From: Octopus vulgaris
Taxonomy: Eukaryota
NCBI GenBank assembly: GCA_951406725.2
Contig: OX597843.1
Location: 10,850,001-10,914,000, forward strand
Length of the DNA: 64,000 bases
Direction of reading: 5' to 3'
Shown here: piece after piece, positions 40,960 to 54,466 of the stretch
Position numbering within the stretch: position 1 is the first letter of the stretch
How the letters are laid out: the number at the start of each line of letters is the position of its first letter
The notes under the pieces: model-generated
Told to the model about the DNA's origin: nothing
The model's input: only the letters and a program-made list of their open reading frames with translations
Database searches by the model: none
Position numbers and translations under genes: made by a program

Positions 40960-41526
40960 TAAATGCAATGCAGTTAACGAGCAATTTAAAGGATGACAGG
41001 TAATGTTTACCTTGGAAAAAGTAGAACTTAGAATGGAAAGATGGACAAAATGCTGCCAAGGCGCAGGGGTTGCTGTGTGGTAAGTAGCTTGCTTTTGGAG
41101 GTGTGTGGCTTAGTGGTTAGTGTGATGAACTTATGATCGTAAGGTTGTGGTTCCGATCCCTGGACCGGGCGATGCGTTGTATTCTTGAGTAAAACACTTC
41201 ATTTTCACATTGCTCCAGTCCACTCAGCTGGCAAAAATGAATAATCCTGTGACTGACCAGCGTCCCATCCAGGTGGGGAATTTCCACACCACTGAAACCG
41301 AGAAACTGACCCCTACGAGCCTGGCATGGCTCGAGAAGGAACATTTATTTTATTTTATTTAAGTAGCTTGCTTACCAACCAAATGGTTTTGGGTTCAGCT
41401 CTACTACATGGTACCATGGGCAAATATTTTCTACTATAGCCTCGGGCCAACCAAAGCCTTGTGATTGAATTTGGTAGACGGAAACTGAAATAAGCCTGTC
41501 ATATATATATACATATACATATGACA

Positions 41527-41558
<32 letters not shown>

Positions 41559-41643
41559 CACATATACATATATACATACACATATATATAAATATATATA
41601 TATACATATACATATATACATATACATATATACACATATATAC

Positions 41644-41703
<60 letters not shown>

Positions 41704-41791
41704 ATATACATATACATATATATATATACATATACATATATATATATACATATACATATATATATATACATATATATATATACATAATATA

Positions 41792-41825
<34 letters not shown>

Positions 41826-41840
41826 CATATATATATACAT

Positions 41841-41918
<78 letters not shown>

Positions 41919-42005
41919 CATACATATATATATACATACATATATATATACATATATATATACATACATATATATATACATACATATATATATACATATA
42001 TATAC

Positions 42006-42062
<57 letters not shown>

Positions 42063-42107
42063 CATATATATATACATACATACATATATATATACATATA
42101 TATATAC

Positions 42108-42162
<55 letters not shown>

Positions 42163-42223
42163 CATACATATATATATATACATACATATATATATATATA
42201 CATACATACATAATATATATAAT

Positions 42224-42296
<73 letters not shown>

Positions 42297-42434
42297 CATA
42301 CATACATATATATATATATACATACATATATATATACATACATATATATATACATACATATATATATACATACATATATATATACATACATACATATATA
42401 TATATATAATACATACATACATATATATACATAC

Positions 42435-42483
<49 letters not shown>

Positions 42484-43204
42484 TGTGTGTGTGTAGTAAG
42501 AAGCTTGCTTCCAAACCACATGGTTACCGCTTCAGTCCTACTCTGTGGCAACCTTGGGCAAGTATTTTCTACTATAGCCTTGGTCCAACCGAAGCCTTGT
42601 GAATAGATTTTTCCGATGGCTGGATAACTGAAGAGATAGCCCTCATGGATTTCCTCCTCGGCATCCGAAACTCGGAGTTTTACCTTGGCTACCGAATAAT
42701 TGTCACATATTACATTTACAGATAATTTCCTCTATTTACATAATATCGAGGTCTCTTTCATTCTTTTATTATCTTACCAGTTTTATCATTATATATGTAT
42801 ATATATACTCTCTTTCTCTCTTTTACTTGTTTCAGTCATTTGACTGTGGCCATGCTGGAGCACCACCTTTAGTCGAGCAAATCGACCCCGGGACTTATTC
42901 TTTGTAAGCCCAGTACTTGTTCTATCGGTCTCTTTTTGCCGAACCGCTAAGTGACGGGGACGTAAACACACCAACATCGGTTGTCAAGCAATGCTTGGGG
43001 GACAAACACAGACACACAAACACAGACATACATATACATATATACGACAGGCTTCTTTCAGTTTCCGTCTACCAAATCCACTCACAAGGCATTGGTCGGC
43101 CCGGGGCTATAGCAGAAGACACTTGCCCAAGATGCCATGCAGTGGGACTGAACCTGGAACCGTGTGGTTGGTTACCAAGCTACTTACCACACAGCCACTC
43201 CTGC

Positions 43205-43247
<43 letters not shown>

Positions 43248-43494
43248 TTATATGTATATATATTTATGTGTGTGTGTTTTTGTGTCTTTATTTGTCCCCT
43301 TCCCATCACCTGACAACCAATGTTGGTGTGTTTCCATATCTGTAACTTAGCGGTTTGGCAAGAGACACCAACAGAATAAATAATAGACTTACAAAGGATG
43401 AGTCCTGGGATCTATTTCTTCAACTAAAAAAAACCCTTTAAGGTGGTGTTCCAGCATGGCCGCAGTCAAATGAATACACACACACACACACGTC

Positions 43495-44637
43495 TTTATT
43501 ACCCACAAGGGGCTAAACACAGAGGGGACAAACGAGGACAGACAGACGGATTAAGTCGATTACATCAACCCCAGTGTGTAACTGGTACTTAATTTATCGA
43601 CCCCGAAAGGATGAAAGGCAAAGTCGACCTCGGAGGAGTTTGAACTCAGAACGTAACGGCAGACGAAATACCTATTTCTTTATTACCCACAAGGGGCTAA
43701 ACACAGAGGGGACAAACAAGGACAGACAGACGGATTAAGTCGATTACATCAACCCCAGTGCATAACTGGTACTTAATTTATCGACCCCGAAAGGCTGAAA
43801 GGCAAAGTCGACCTCGGCGGAATTTGAACTCAGAACGTAGCTGGCAGACGAAATACCTATTTCTTTATTACCCACAAGGGGCTAAACACAGAGGGGACAA
43901 ACAAGGACAGACAGACGGATTAAGTCGATTACATTGACCCCAGTGCGTAACTGGTACTTAATTTATCGACCCCAAAGAGATAAAAGGCAAAGTCGACCTC
44001 GGCGGAATTTGAACTCGGAACGTAACGGCAGACGAAATACCTATTTCTTTATTACCCACAAGGGGCTAAACACAGAGGGGACAAACAAGGACAGACAGAC
44101 GGATTAAGTCGATTACATCAACCCCAGTGCGTAACTGGTACTTAATTTATCGACCCCAAAGGGATAAAAGGCAAAGTCGACCTCGGCGGAATTTGAGCTC
44201 GGAACGTAACGGCAGACGAAATACCTATTTCTTTATTACCCACAAGGGGCTAAACACAGAGGGGACAAACAAGGACAGACAGACGGATTAAGTCGATTAC
44301 ATCAACCCCAGTGCGTAACTGGTACTTAATTTATCGACCCCGAAAGGCTGAAAGGCAAAGTCGACCTCGGCGGAATTTGAACTCGGAACGTAACGGCAGA
44401 CGAAATACCTATTTCTTTATTACCCACAAGGGGCTAAACACAGAGGGGACAAACAAGGACAGACAGACGGATTAAGTCGATTACATTGACCCCAGTGCGT
44501 AACTGGTACTTAATTTATCGACCCCAAAGGGATAAAAGGCAAAGTCGACCTCGGTGGAATTTGAACTCGGAACGTAACGGCAGACGAAATACCGCAAAGC
44601 ATTTCGCCCGCTGTGCTAACGTTTCTGCCAGCTCGCC
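43495..44637 (-). repeat. Second tandem array of SINE family B (6 x 184-185 bp)
   Basis: Unit starts at 43501, 43685, 43870, 44054, 44238, 44422; head GGCGAGCTGGCAGAAACGTTAG at the right end. Confidence 0.92.
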
Positions 44638-44702
44638 ACACACACATACAGCCACAGAGGCTTATACACATGCATGTATGATGAGACAAAAGTGATATTT
44701 AC

Positions 44703-45002
44703 CTTCTGCCACGGGATGAGTTTCACATCCGTGGTAGTTCGGTCCACGTGCAGCTCGTACTCCGTCACGACAGCATCCATATCGAGAACCCCTACATGTC
44801 TGTCTCTCTGGACAGCCAAGGCTATCTTGGCCCCGAGCTGCTGTTACACCATCAGCACAACATCCGTATCGTGTACCTGCACATCCACCTATCAAACGAC
44901 ATCCCTCATAATCGGGACCACGGGCGAATGTTACTCCATCTGGGCAACAGCCATAACTAGAAGCAGCACAAGTTCTTTCAGGGCATCCTTCCTTGTTTGG
45001 AC
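44703..45002 (-). CDS. Papilin-like gene, exon with three C-x4-YGCC-x-DG-x3-ARG-x4-GC repeats
   Basis: Acceptor TCTTCTAG|, donor G|GTAAAT; 300 bp; GPNKEGCPERTCAASSYGCCPDGVTFARGPDYEGC...; this repeat is characteristic of invertebrate papilin/lacunin. Confidence 0.9.
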
Positions 45003-45212
45003 CTAGAAGAAGATTTGTGAAGAAACACGAAAAGAAATGAACAAATTATTATTTAATAAATTGATAATTCCAGGTGTATATAACTGGAAGCTATATTTGA
45101 GGTGCATTCGAGAAGATTTTTAGGAGATGCAGTTACACCTGACCTAGATTATTGCAGATTTAGTACAGTAACCCTTCACCATATCATGGGTCACATATCA
45201 TGGTTTATTATT

Positions 45213-45841
45213 CAACCCTTTCGTTACCGTATTTATTTTGAGATGTTCTGTGTTTCTTTCAATTAATTTTAAATATAACAAAGAATTTAGTAAAATAACT
45301 TAGTTATCATTAAGCTAGTGTTAGGAACATAAATTGTGACCAAGGTTTGGTGGAAGATTTTAATTCAAAACTTATGAAAACAAGACATTTATACTATAGA
45401 GCCAGAGGCTGTTTCGGCTGAGTTGGTATCAAAAGGATTAAAAATATCATGGTGACTTTAACCCTTTTGTTACTGTATTTCTGTTGAGATGCTCTGTGTT
45501 TCTTTCATTTAAATTCAAATATAACAAAGAATTTAGTAAAATAACTTTGTTATCATTCAGCTAGTGTTAGGAACATAAATTGTGACTAAGGATTGGTGGA
45601 AGATTTTAATTCAAAACTTATGAAAACTAGACATTTGTACTACAGAGCCAGAGGTGGTTTCAGCTGGGTTGGTATCGAAAGGGTTAAAAATATCATGGTA
45701 ACTTTAACCCTTTTGTTACCATATTTATTTTGAGATGCTCTGTGTTTCTTTCAATTAATTTTAAATATAACAAAGAATTTAGTGAAATAACTTAATAAGA
45801 GCCAGAGGTGGTTTCAGTTGGGTTGGTAATGAAAAGGTTAA
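45213..45841 (+). mobile_element. Tandem trimer of piggyBac-type MITE (third copy internally deleted)
   Basis: TTAA-CCCTTT...AAAGGG-TTAA ends, ~230-bp units. Confidence 0.8.
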
Positions 45842-46112
45842 GGTTACATTGATTCCTCTGCAGTGGCCAACCCTGTATATTAATGTAAATACAGGAAATG
45901 GGTGTGTAAACCTTGCAATGCAAAATTTTGGTTTAGACAAGAAAGACATTTCAGGGGATAACTATGGCACTGTTCAAATGGAACAAAATTCTTTCATTCA
46001 CACCACGACATCCTAAAAACACAGACTCTTCCACTCAATCCAAACACATCTACTAAAACATCCTACAACACTGTTCTCAGATCACAACACTTGCTTCATT
46101 AAATGGAATGGT

Positions 46113-49100
46113 GTTCTAGTAGTGTTGTGGTGTGTTGTTAGGATGTTGTAGTAGTGTTGTGGGATGTTGTTAGGATGTTGTAGTAGTGTTGTGGGTGTGT
46201 TGTTAGGATGTTGTAGTAGTGTTGTGGGATGTTGTAGTAGTGTTATGGGATGTTGTTAGGATGTTGTAGTAGTGTTGTGAGGTGTTGTTAGGATGTTGTA
46301 GTAGTGTTGTGAGGTGTTGTTAGGATGTTGTAGTAGTGTTGTGGGGTGTTGTTAGGATGTTGTAGTAGTGTTGTGGGGTGTTGTTAGGATGTTGTAGTAG
46401 TGTTGTGGGGTGTTAGGATGTTGCATTATTGTTGCAGTAGTGTTGTGGGATGTTGTAGTAGTGTTGTGGGATGTTGTTAGGATGTTGTAGTAGTGTTGTG
46501 GGCTGTTGTTAGGATGTTGTAGTAGTGTGGTGGGATGTTGTAGTAGTGTTATGGGATGTTGTAGTAGTGTTATGGTGGTGTTGTTAGGATGTTGTAGTAG
46601 TGTTCTGGGATGTTGTTAGGATGTTGTAGTAGTGTTGTGGGACGTTGTTAGGATGTTGAAGTAGTGTTGTGGGATGTTGTTAGGATGTTGTAGTAGTGTT
46701 GTGGGGTATTGTTAGGTTGGTGTTGTTGTGTTGAAGATGTGTGTGGAGTGAGTGGGAGAGACAGTGGTGTTAGGATGGCGTTGTAGTAGTGTTATGGTGT
46801 GTTGTTAGAATGGTGTTGTAGTAATGTTGTGAGCTGTTGTTAGGATGGTGTTGTAGTAGTGTTGTGAGGTGCTGCTAGGATGGTGTTGTAGTAATGTTGT
46901 GAGGTGTTGTTAGGATGGTGTTGTAGCAGTGTTGTGAGGTGTTGTAGTAGTGTTGTGAGGTGCTGCTAGGATGGTGTTGTAGTAATGTTGTGAGGTGTTG
47001 CTAGGATGGTGTTGTAGTAATGTTGTGAGGTGTTGTTAGGATGGTGTTGTAGTAATGTTGTGAGGTGTTGCTAGGATGGTGTTGTAGTAATGTTGTGAGG
47101 TGTTGTTAGGATGGTGTTGTAGCAGTGTTGTGAGGTGTTGTAGTAGTGTTGTGAGGTGTTGCTAGGATGGTGTTGTAGTAATGTTGTGAGGTGTTGCTAG
47201 GATGGTGTTGTAGTAATGTTGTGAGGTGTTGTTAGGATGGTGTTGTAGTAATGTTGTGAGGTGTTGGTAGGATGGTGTTGTAGTAATGTTGTGAGGTGTT
47301 GCTAGGATGGTGTTGTAGTAATGTTGTGAGGTGTTGCTAGGATGGTGTTGTAGTAATGTTGTGAGGTGTTGCTAGGATGGTGTTGTAGTAATGTTGTGAG
47401 GGGTTGCTAGGATGGTGTTGTAGTAATGTTGTGAGGTGTAGCTAGGATAGTGTTGTGGTAATGTTGTGAGGTGTTGTTAGGATGGTGTTGTAGTAATGTT
47501 GCGAGGTGTTGCTAGGATGGTGTATTAGTAGTGTTGTGAGGTGTTGCTAGGATGGTGTTGTAGTAACGTTGTGAGGTGTTGCAAGGATGGTGTTGTAGTA
47601 ATGTTGTGAGGTGTTGCTAGGATGGTGTTGTAGTAATGTTGTGAGGTGTTGCAAGGATGGTGTTGTAGTAATGTTGTGAGGTGTTGCTAGGATGGTGTTG
47701 TAGTAATGTTGTGAGGTGTTGCTAGGATGGTGTTGTAGTAATGTTGTGAGGTGTTGCTAGGATGGTGTTGTAGTAATGTTGTGAGGTGTTGCTAGGATGG
47801 TGTTGTAGTAATGTTGTGAGGTGTTGCTAGGATGGTGTGCAGTAATGTTGTGTGGTGTTGTTAGGATGGTGTTGTAGTAGTGTTGTGAGGTGTTGCTAGG
47901 ATGGTGTTGTAGTAATGTTGTGAGGTGTTGCTAGGATGGTGTTGTAGTAATGTTGTGAGGTGTTGCTAGGATGGTGTTGTAGTAATGTTGTGAGATGTTG
48001 CTAGGATGGTGTTGTAGTAATGTTGTGAGGTGTTGTTAGGATGGTGTTGTAGTAGTGTTATGAGGTGTTGGTAGGATGGTGTTGTAGTAATGTTGTGAGG
48101 TGTTGCTAGGATGGTGTTGTAGTAATGTTGTGAGGTGTTGCTAGGATGGTGTTGTAGTAATGTTGTGAGGTGTTGCTAGGATGGTGTTGTAGTAATGTTG
48201 TGAGGGGTTGCTAGGATGGTGTTGTAGTAATGTTGTGAGGTGTAGCTTGGATAGTGTTGTGGTAATGTTGTGAGGTGTTGCTAGGATGGTGTTGTAGTAT
48301 GGTTGTGAGGTGTTGCAAGGATGGTGTTGTAGTAATGTTGTGAGGTGTTGCTAGGATGGTGTTGTAGTAACGTTGTGAGGTGTTGCAAGGATGGTGTTGT
48401 AGTAATGTTGTGAGGTGTTGCTAGGATGGTGTTGTAGTAATGTTGTGAGGTGTTGCTAGGATGGTGTTGTAGTAATGTTGTGAGGTGTTGCTAGGATGGT
48501 GTTGTAGTAATGTTGTGAGGTGTTGCTAGGATGGTGTTGTAGTAATGTTGCGAGGTGTTGCTAGGATGGTGTTGTAGTAATGTTGTGAGGTGTTGCTAGG
48601 ATGGTGTGCAGTAATGTTGTGTGGTGTTGCTAGGATGGTGTTGTAGTAATGTTGTGAGGTGTTGCTAGGATGGTGTTGTAGTAATGTTGTGAGGTGAGCT
48701 AGGATGGTGTTGTAGTAATGTTGTGAGGTGTTGCTAGGATGGTGTTGTAGTAATGTTGTGAGGTGAGCTAGGATGGTGTTGTAGTAATGTTGTGAGGGGT
48801 TGCTAGGATGGTGTTGTAGTAATGTTGTGAGGTGTAGCTAGGATAGTGTTGTGGTAATGTTGTGAGGTGTTGTTAGGATGGTGTTGTAGTAATGTTGTGA
48901 GGTGTTGCTAGGATGGTGTATTAGTAGTGTTGTGAGGTGTTGCTAGGATGGTGTTGTAGTAACGTTGTGAGGTGTTGCAAGGATGGTGTTGTAGTAATGT
49001 TGTGAGGTGTTGCTAGGATGGTGTTGTAGTAATGTTGTGAGGTGTTGCAAGGATGGTGTTGTAGTAATGTTGTGAGGTGTTGCTAGGATGGTGTTGTAGT

Positions 49101-50090
49101 AATGTTGTGAGGTGTTGCTAGGATGGTGTTGTAGTAATGTTGTGAGGTGTTGCTAGGATGGTGTGCAGTAATGTTGTGCGGTGTTGTTAGGATGGTGTTG
49201 TAATAGTGTTGTGAGGTGTTGCTAGGATGGTGTTGTAGTAATGTTGTGAGGTGTTGTTAGGATGGTGTTGTAGCAGTGTTGTGAGGTGTTGTAGTAGTGT
49301 TGTGAGGTGCTGCTAGGATGGTGTTGTAGTAATGTTGTGAGATGTTGCTAGGATGGTGTTGTAGTAATGTTGTGAGGTGTTGTTAGGATGGTGTTGTAGT
49401 AGTGTTGTGAGATGTTGTTAGGATGGTGTTGTAGTAATGTTGTGAGGTGTTGCTAGGATGGTGTTGTAGTAATGTTGTGAGGTGTTGCTAGGATGGTGTT
49501 GTAGTAATGTTGTGAGGTGTTGTTAGGATGGTGTTGTAGCAGTGTTGTGAGGTGTTGTACTAGTGTTGTGAGGTGCTGCTAGGATGGTGTTGTAGTAATG
49601 TTGTGAGATGTTGCTAGGATGGTGTTGTAGTAATGTTGTGAGGTGTTGTTAGGATGGTGTTGTAGTAATGTTGTGAGGTGTTGCTAGGATGGTGTTGTAG
49701 TAACGTTGTGAGGTGTTGCTAGGATGGTGTTGTAGTAATGTTGTGAGGTGTTGCTAGGATGGTGTTGTAGTAATGTTGTGAGGTGTTGCTAGGATGGTGT
49801 TGTAGTAGTGTTGTGAGGTGTTGCTAGGATGGTGTTGTAGTAAATTTGTGAGGTGTTGCTAGGATGGTGTTGTAGTAATGTTGTGAAGTGTTGCTAGGAT
49901 GGTGTTGTAGTAATGTTGTGAGGTGTTGCTAGGATGGTGTTGTAGTAATGTTGTGAGGTGTTGCTAGGATGGTGTTGTATTAGTGTTGTGAGGTGTTGCT
50001 AGGATGGTATTGTAGTAGTGCTGTGAGGTGTTGTTAGGATGTGTTGTAGCAACGTTGTGAGGTGTTGTTGCAGTTGTGTTGTGGGATGGT
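46113..50090. repeat. GT-rich satellite, main unit 35 bp (GTGTTGCTAGGATGGTGTTGTAGTAATGTTGTGAG)
   Basis: Period measured from 47161 to 47196; shorter variant units in the left part. Confidence 0.95.
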
Positions 50091-50354
50091 GTGAGAAAAA
50101 CCGTAACCAAGGGAAATAAACCCTATTTTACATGTTCTTTGGTTGACCCCTTCAAAATTAATTTCAGTTTTAGCATTTATGTCTGCAATTTTTTTTATTG
50201 TTGTTACTTAGGGAATTTGTCAGGGAACAGTTTCTAATTTAAATGTGAGTGGAAACTCTCCTACAAATGGTAAAGAGGATCCCCCATCCCTGATGAACCA
50301 GCTTCCTCATCAATAACAAGCACACATGAAAAATGTATAAAGCTGCATATTCAC

Positions 50355-50408
50355 CCCGAGCAGGTGTTCGTCGATCGTCACAGCATCCATAACTGGTATC
50401 TGCACATC
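50355..50408 (-). CDS. Papilin-like gene, 54-bp exon GCADTSYGCCDDRRTPAR (start of the Cys-rich repeats)
   Basis: Acceptor TTCAACAG|, donor G|GTGAAT; its YGCC motif continues into the next exon (GPNKEGC). Confidence 0.85.
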
Positions 50409-50469
50409 CTGTTGAATAATAATAATTACAACAACAATAGTAATAATAGTAATAATGATAATAATGATA

Positions 50470-50645
50470 GCAATAACAACAATAACAATAATAGATGCAA
50501 GTGTTCCCACTGATAAAAATATATCTGTAAAAGAATTTGACAAATGAGGTACATATAAGGACCTGGAAATTGAAATACAAAAGAAGTGGCATCTTAAAGT
50601 AAGAACTGTTCCTGTTATTGTGGGTACCCTAGGTGTGATAAGAAA
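50470..50645 (+). mobile_element. R4/Dong endonuclease fragment next to the 54-bp exon acceptor
   Basis: IIDASVPTDKNISVKEFDK...YKDLEIEIQKKWHLKVRTVPVIVGTLGVI after a (TAA)n-like tract. Confidence 0.8.
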
Positions 50646-50657
50646 TTGATGGCTTCT

Positions 50658-52352
50658 GATCTTAACTAATTTTAACTAAGTTTTATTCTGTATGTGTTTT
50701 GTCTTGGTATAAAAGATGGGCTACAGCAAATATTCTGCTCAATATCACAGATTTGCTAATGCCCTGTTGCAGTACCAGGCAGTGGCTCTCATAGCTTCTG
50801 ATCTTAACTGATTGGAAGTGTTATCATGTACATTATTTAGTCTTGGTATAAAAGATGGGTTACAGCAAATATTCTGCTCAATACCACAGATTTGCTAATG
50901 CCCTGATGCAGTACCAGGCAGTGGCTCTCATAGCTTCTGATCTTAACTGATTGGAAGTGTTATCATGTACATTGTTTAGTCTTGGTATAAAAGATGGGTT
51001 ACAGCAAATATTCTGCTCAATACCACATATTTGCTAATGCCCTGATGCAGTACCAGGCAGTGGCTCTCATAGCTTCTGATCTTAACTGATTGGAAGTGTT
51101 ATCATGTACATTGTTTTGTCTTGGTATAAAAGATGGGTTACAGCAAATATTCTGCTCAATACCACAGATTTGCTAATGCCCTGATGCAGTACCAGGCAGT
51201 GGCTCTCATGGCTTCTGATCTTAACTGATTGGAAGTGTTATCATGTACATTGTTTTGTCTTGGTATAAAAGATGGGCCTTCAGCAAATATTCTGCTCAAT
51301 ACCACATATTTGCTAATGCCCTGATGCAGTACCAGGCAGTGGCTCTCATGGCTTCTGATCTTAACTGATTGGAAGTGTTATCATGTACATTGTTTTGTCT
51401 TGGTATAAAAGATGGGCCACAGCAAATATTCTGCTCAATATCACAGATTTGCTAATGCCCTGATGCAGTACCAGGCAGTGGCTCTCATGGCTTCTGATCT
51501 TAACTGATTGGAAGTGTTATCATGTACATTGTTTTGTCTTGGTATAAAAGATGGGCCACAGCAAATATTCTGCTCAATACCACAGATTTGCTAATGCCCT
51601 GATGCAGTACCAGGCAGTGGCTCTCATGGCTTCTGATCTTAACTGATTGGAAGTGTTATCATGTACATTGTTTTGTCTTGGTATAAAAGATGGGCCACAG
51701 TAAATATTCTGCTCAATACCACAGATTTGCTAATGCCCTGATGCAGTACCAGGCAGTGGCTCTCATGGCTTCTGATCTTAACTGATTGGAAGTGTTATCA
51801 TGTACATTGTTTAGTCTTGGTATAAAAGATGGGCCACAGCAAATATTCTGCTCAATACCACAGATTTGCTAATGCCCTGATGCAGTACCAGGCAGTGGCT
51901 CTCATGGCTTCTGATCTTAACTGATTGGAAGTGTTATCATGTACATTGTTTTGTCTTGGTATAAAAGATGGGCCACAGCAAATATTCTGCTCAATACCAC
52001 AGATTTTCTAATGCCCTGTTGCAGTACCAGGCAGTGGCTCTCATAGCTTCTGATCTTAACTGATTGGAAGTGTTATCATGTACATTGTTTTGTCTTGGTA
52101 TAAAAGATGGGCCACAGTAAATATTCTGCTCAATACCACAGATTTGCTAATGCCCTGATGCAGTACCAGGCAGTGGCTCTCATGGCTTCTGATCTTAACT
52201 GATTGGAAGTGTTATCATGTACATTGTTTTGTCTTGGTATAAAAGATGGGCTACAGCAAATATTCTGCTCAATACCACAGATTTGCTAATGCCCTGATGC
52301 AGCACCATGGAAAAACAGTGGCTCTCATGGCTTCTGATCTTAACTGATTGGA
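50658..52352 (-). repeat. About 12 x 139-bp tandem array derived from the end of repeat family D
   Basis: gatcttaactgattggaag recurs at 50800, 50939, 51078, 51217 and onward; reverse complement of 24712-24851. Confidence 0.92.
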
Positions 52353-52975
52353 AGGATGATGTACATGAGGTCTTAGGTATGATGGGCCACATAACGATAT
52401 ATATATATAGATATCAATTTGTGTGTGTGCCTTTGTGTCTGTTTGTCCCCCATCGCCACTTGATAACTGGTGTTGGTGTGTTTACATCCCCATAAGTTGG
52501 AGTTGATTTGTTTGACTAAAAAAGCAGTGCCCCAGCATGACCACAGTCGAATGAATGAAACAAATAAAAAGTAAAAGATAAAAGATATTGCAAATGAATG
52601 GCTTAGACTTGCCTAAAACCGATCTAAGGTAGGTCAACACAATCATCATCATCATAATCATCATCATTTAACGTCCGTTTTCCATGCTGGCATGGGTTGG
52701 ACAGTTCAACAGGGTCTGGGAAGCCGGGAGGCTGCATCAGGCTCCAGTCTGATCTGGTAGTGTTTCTACAGCTGGATGCCCTTCCCAACGCCAACCACTC
52801 CGTGAGTGTAGTGGGTGCTTTTTACGTGTGCCACCAGCACAGGGGCCAGAGGAGGCTGGCAACGACCACGATCGGTTGGAGCTTTTTACGTGCCCCTGGC
52901 ACGGATCGGTTAGTGCTTTTTACATGCCACCAAGGTACCAAAAGTGCTACATTGGAAACTAAATAGGGTCTGGAA

Positions 52976-53695
52976 CAGTGGTTCTCAAATGGGGTCCATA
53001 TAAGATTTTTGGGAGTCCATGCAACAAAATAGTAAACTGAGGATCCACAATAGAATTTTAAGGGCCCCTGAAAAAGTTTTGCTGTAGTTGTATCTGTTGG
53101 TATGTATTGCAAGAAACAGCTGGGTTGCTTTAACATTTTTACATAGTTCGACCTACACAAGTTAATGTGTGGAAAACAAAATAGGGATTTTGAAAGAAGT
53201 TTCTATAAAACTAGTTTTTAAACATTGAATGGCTATGGAGGTGGGGTCCACCAGAATGAAATAGTAATCAGAGGGGTCCATAGATAAGAAATAGTTTCCT
53301 TCTCTAACATTTTCCATTGTTCAACCTACACAAGTTAATGTGTGAAAAACAAAATAGGAATTTTGAAAGAAGTTTCTATAAAACTAGTTTTTAAACATTG
53401 GATAGCTAAGGGGGTCAACCAGAATGAAATAGTAATCAAAGGGGTCCGTAGATAAGAAATGGTTGAGAACCCCTGCTTTAGATGTATGTATTGGTTATGT
53501 ATTGCAAGAAACAGCCGGGTTTCTTTCTCCAACATTTTCCATAGTTCAACCTACACAAGTTAATGTGTGGAAAACAAAATAGGAATTTTGAAAGAAGTTT
53601 CCCTAAAATTAGTTTTTAAACATGGAATGGGGATTCACCAGAATAAGATAGTAATCAATGGGGTCCATAATTAAAAAAATTGTTGTGAATCCCTG
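52976..53695. mobile_element. hAT (Charlie/Tip100-like) non-autonomous element with an internally repeated right part
   Basis: TIR CAGTGGTTCTCAA at 52976 and TTGAGAACCCCTG ending 53475; a degenerate repeat of the right end finishes at 53695. Confidence 0.7.
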
Positions 53696-54259
53696 GTCCA
53701 AAGAGGGAAGTAAGACGTGGTATTTTGATTTTTGATTTTTCCAGTTTCAGCTAATGAGCTGTGGCCATGCTGGGGCACCACCATTTGTATGAGTACAAAC
53801 TGCAGGGAGTGTTTTACACAGAAAACTGTAACTAGAAACATCTTATATAATTTGGTGATGCTTGTTTCAAAACAAGGTGACAGTTATACACACATATATA
53901 TGAAGGGCTTCTTTCAGTTTCCTTCTATTAAATACATCTACAAGGATTTGATAAATCTGGAGCTATAATAGAAGACACTTGCCCAAGGTACCACACAGTG
54001 GGACTGAACCCTAGAACCATGTGGGTGGAAAGCAAACTTTTCTACCGCACACTCATGTCTGCACTAAGATATGTGTGTGTGTGTGTGTGTGTGTGCATAT
54101 GTATGCACACACACACACACACACACATGCACACACACACACATGCACACACACACACATGCACCACCCCCCACACTCCTATGTATATATAAGTCAACTG
54201 GTAATTTATAAATAAATAATTAATTATGTAAAACGTTTAATTATTTAAATCATACAAAC

Positions 54260-54466
54260 CTCGTCTTCTTGTTGTAGGGCGTGGGGATACTTGTCCCCTA
54301 TGATCACGGCAGGCGCTCAGGCAATCCCCATCGCTATCGAACCTGTTCTCGTTTCCTCCACAACCACCATACCAGAACTGTTTGCACCTTCTAGTCTCAG
54401 GGTCGTAGGCCCACTTCTGGGTGTAGTCAGAACAGGAACCGCGGTCATGTTCTAAGGAACAGTGAG
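54260..54466 (-). CDS. Papilin-like gene, Kunitz exon type B' (HCSLEHDRGSCSDYTQKWAYDPETRRCKQFWYGGCGGNENRFDSDGDCLSACRDHRGQVSPRPTTRRR)
   Basis: Not in the ORF track; acceptor TTTTTGCAG|, donor G|GTTTGT; 207 bp, phase 1-1. Confidence 0.9.

Noticed and set aside
16042-42551. Many YIYI, CVCV, HTHT and LSIY ORFs
   Set aside because: Translations of di- and tetranucleotide microsatellites
46113-50090. Satellite as a Thr-rich mucin exon on the minus strand
   Set aside because: The 35-bp period shifts frame and brings the TAG in each unit into every frame
32625-52352. Regular 139-185-bp arrays as CRISPR
   Set aside because: No unique spacers, no cas genes, eukaryotic context
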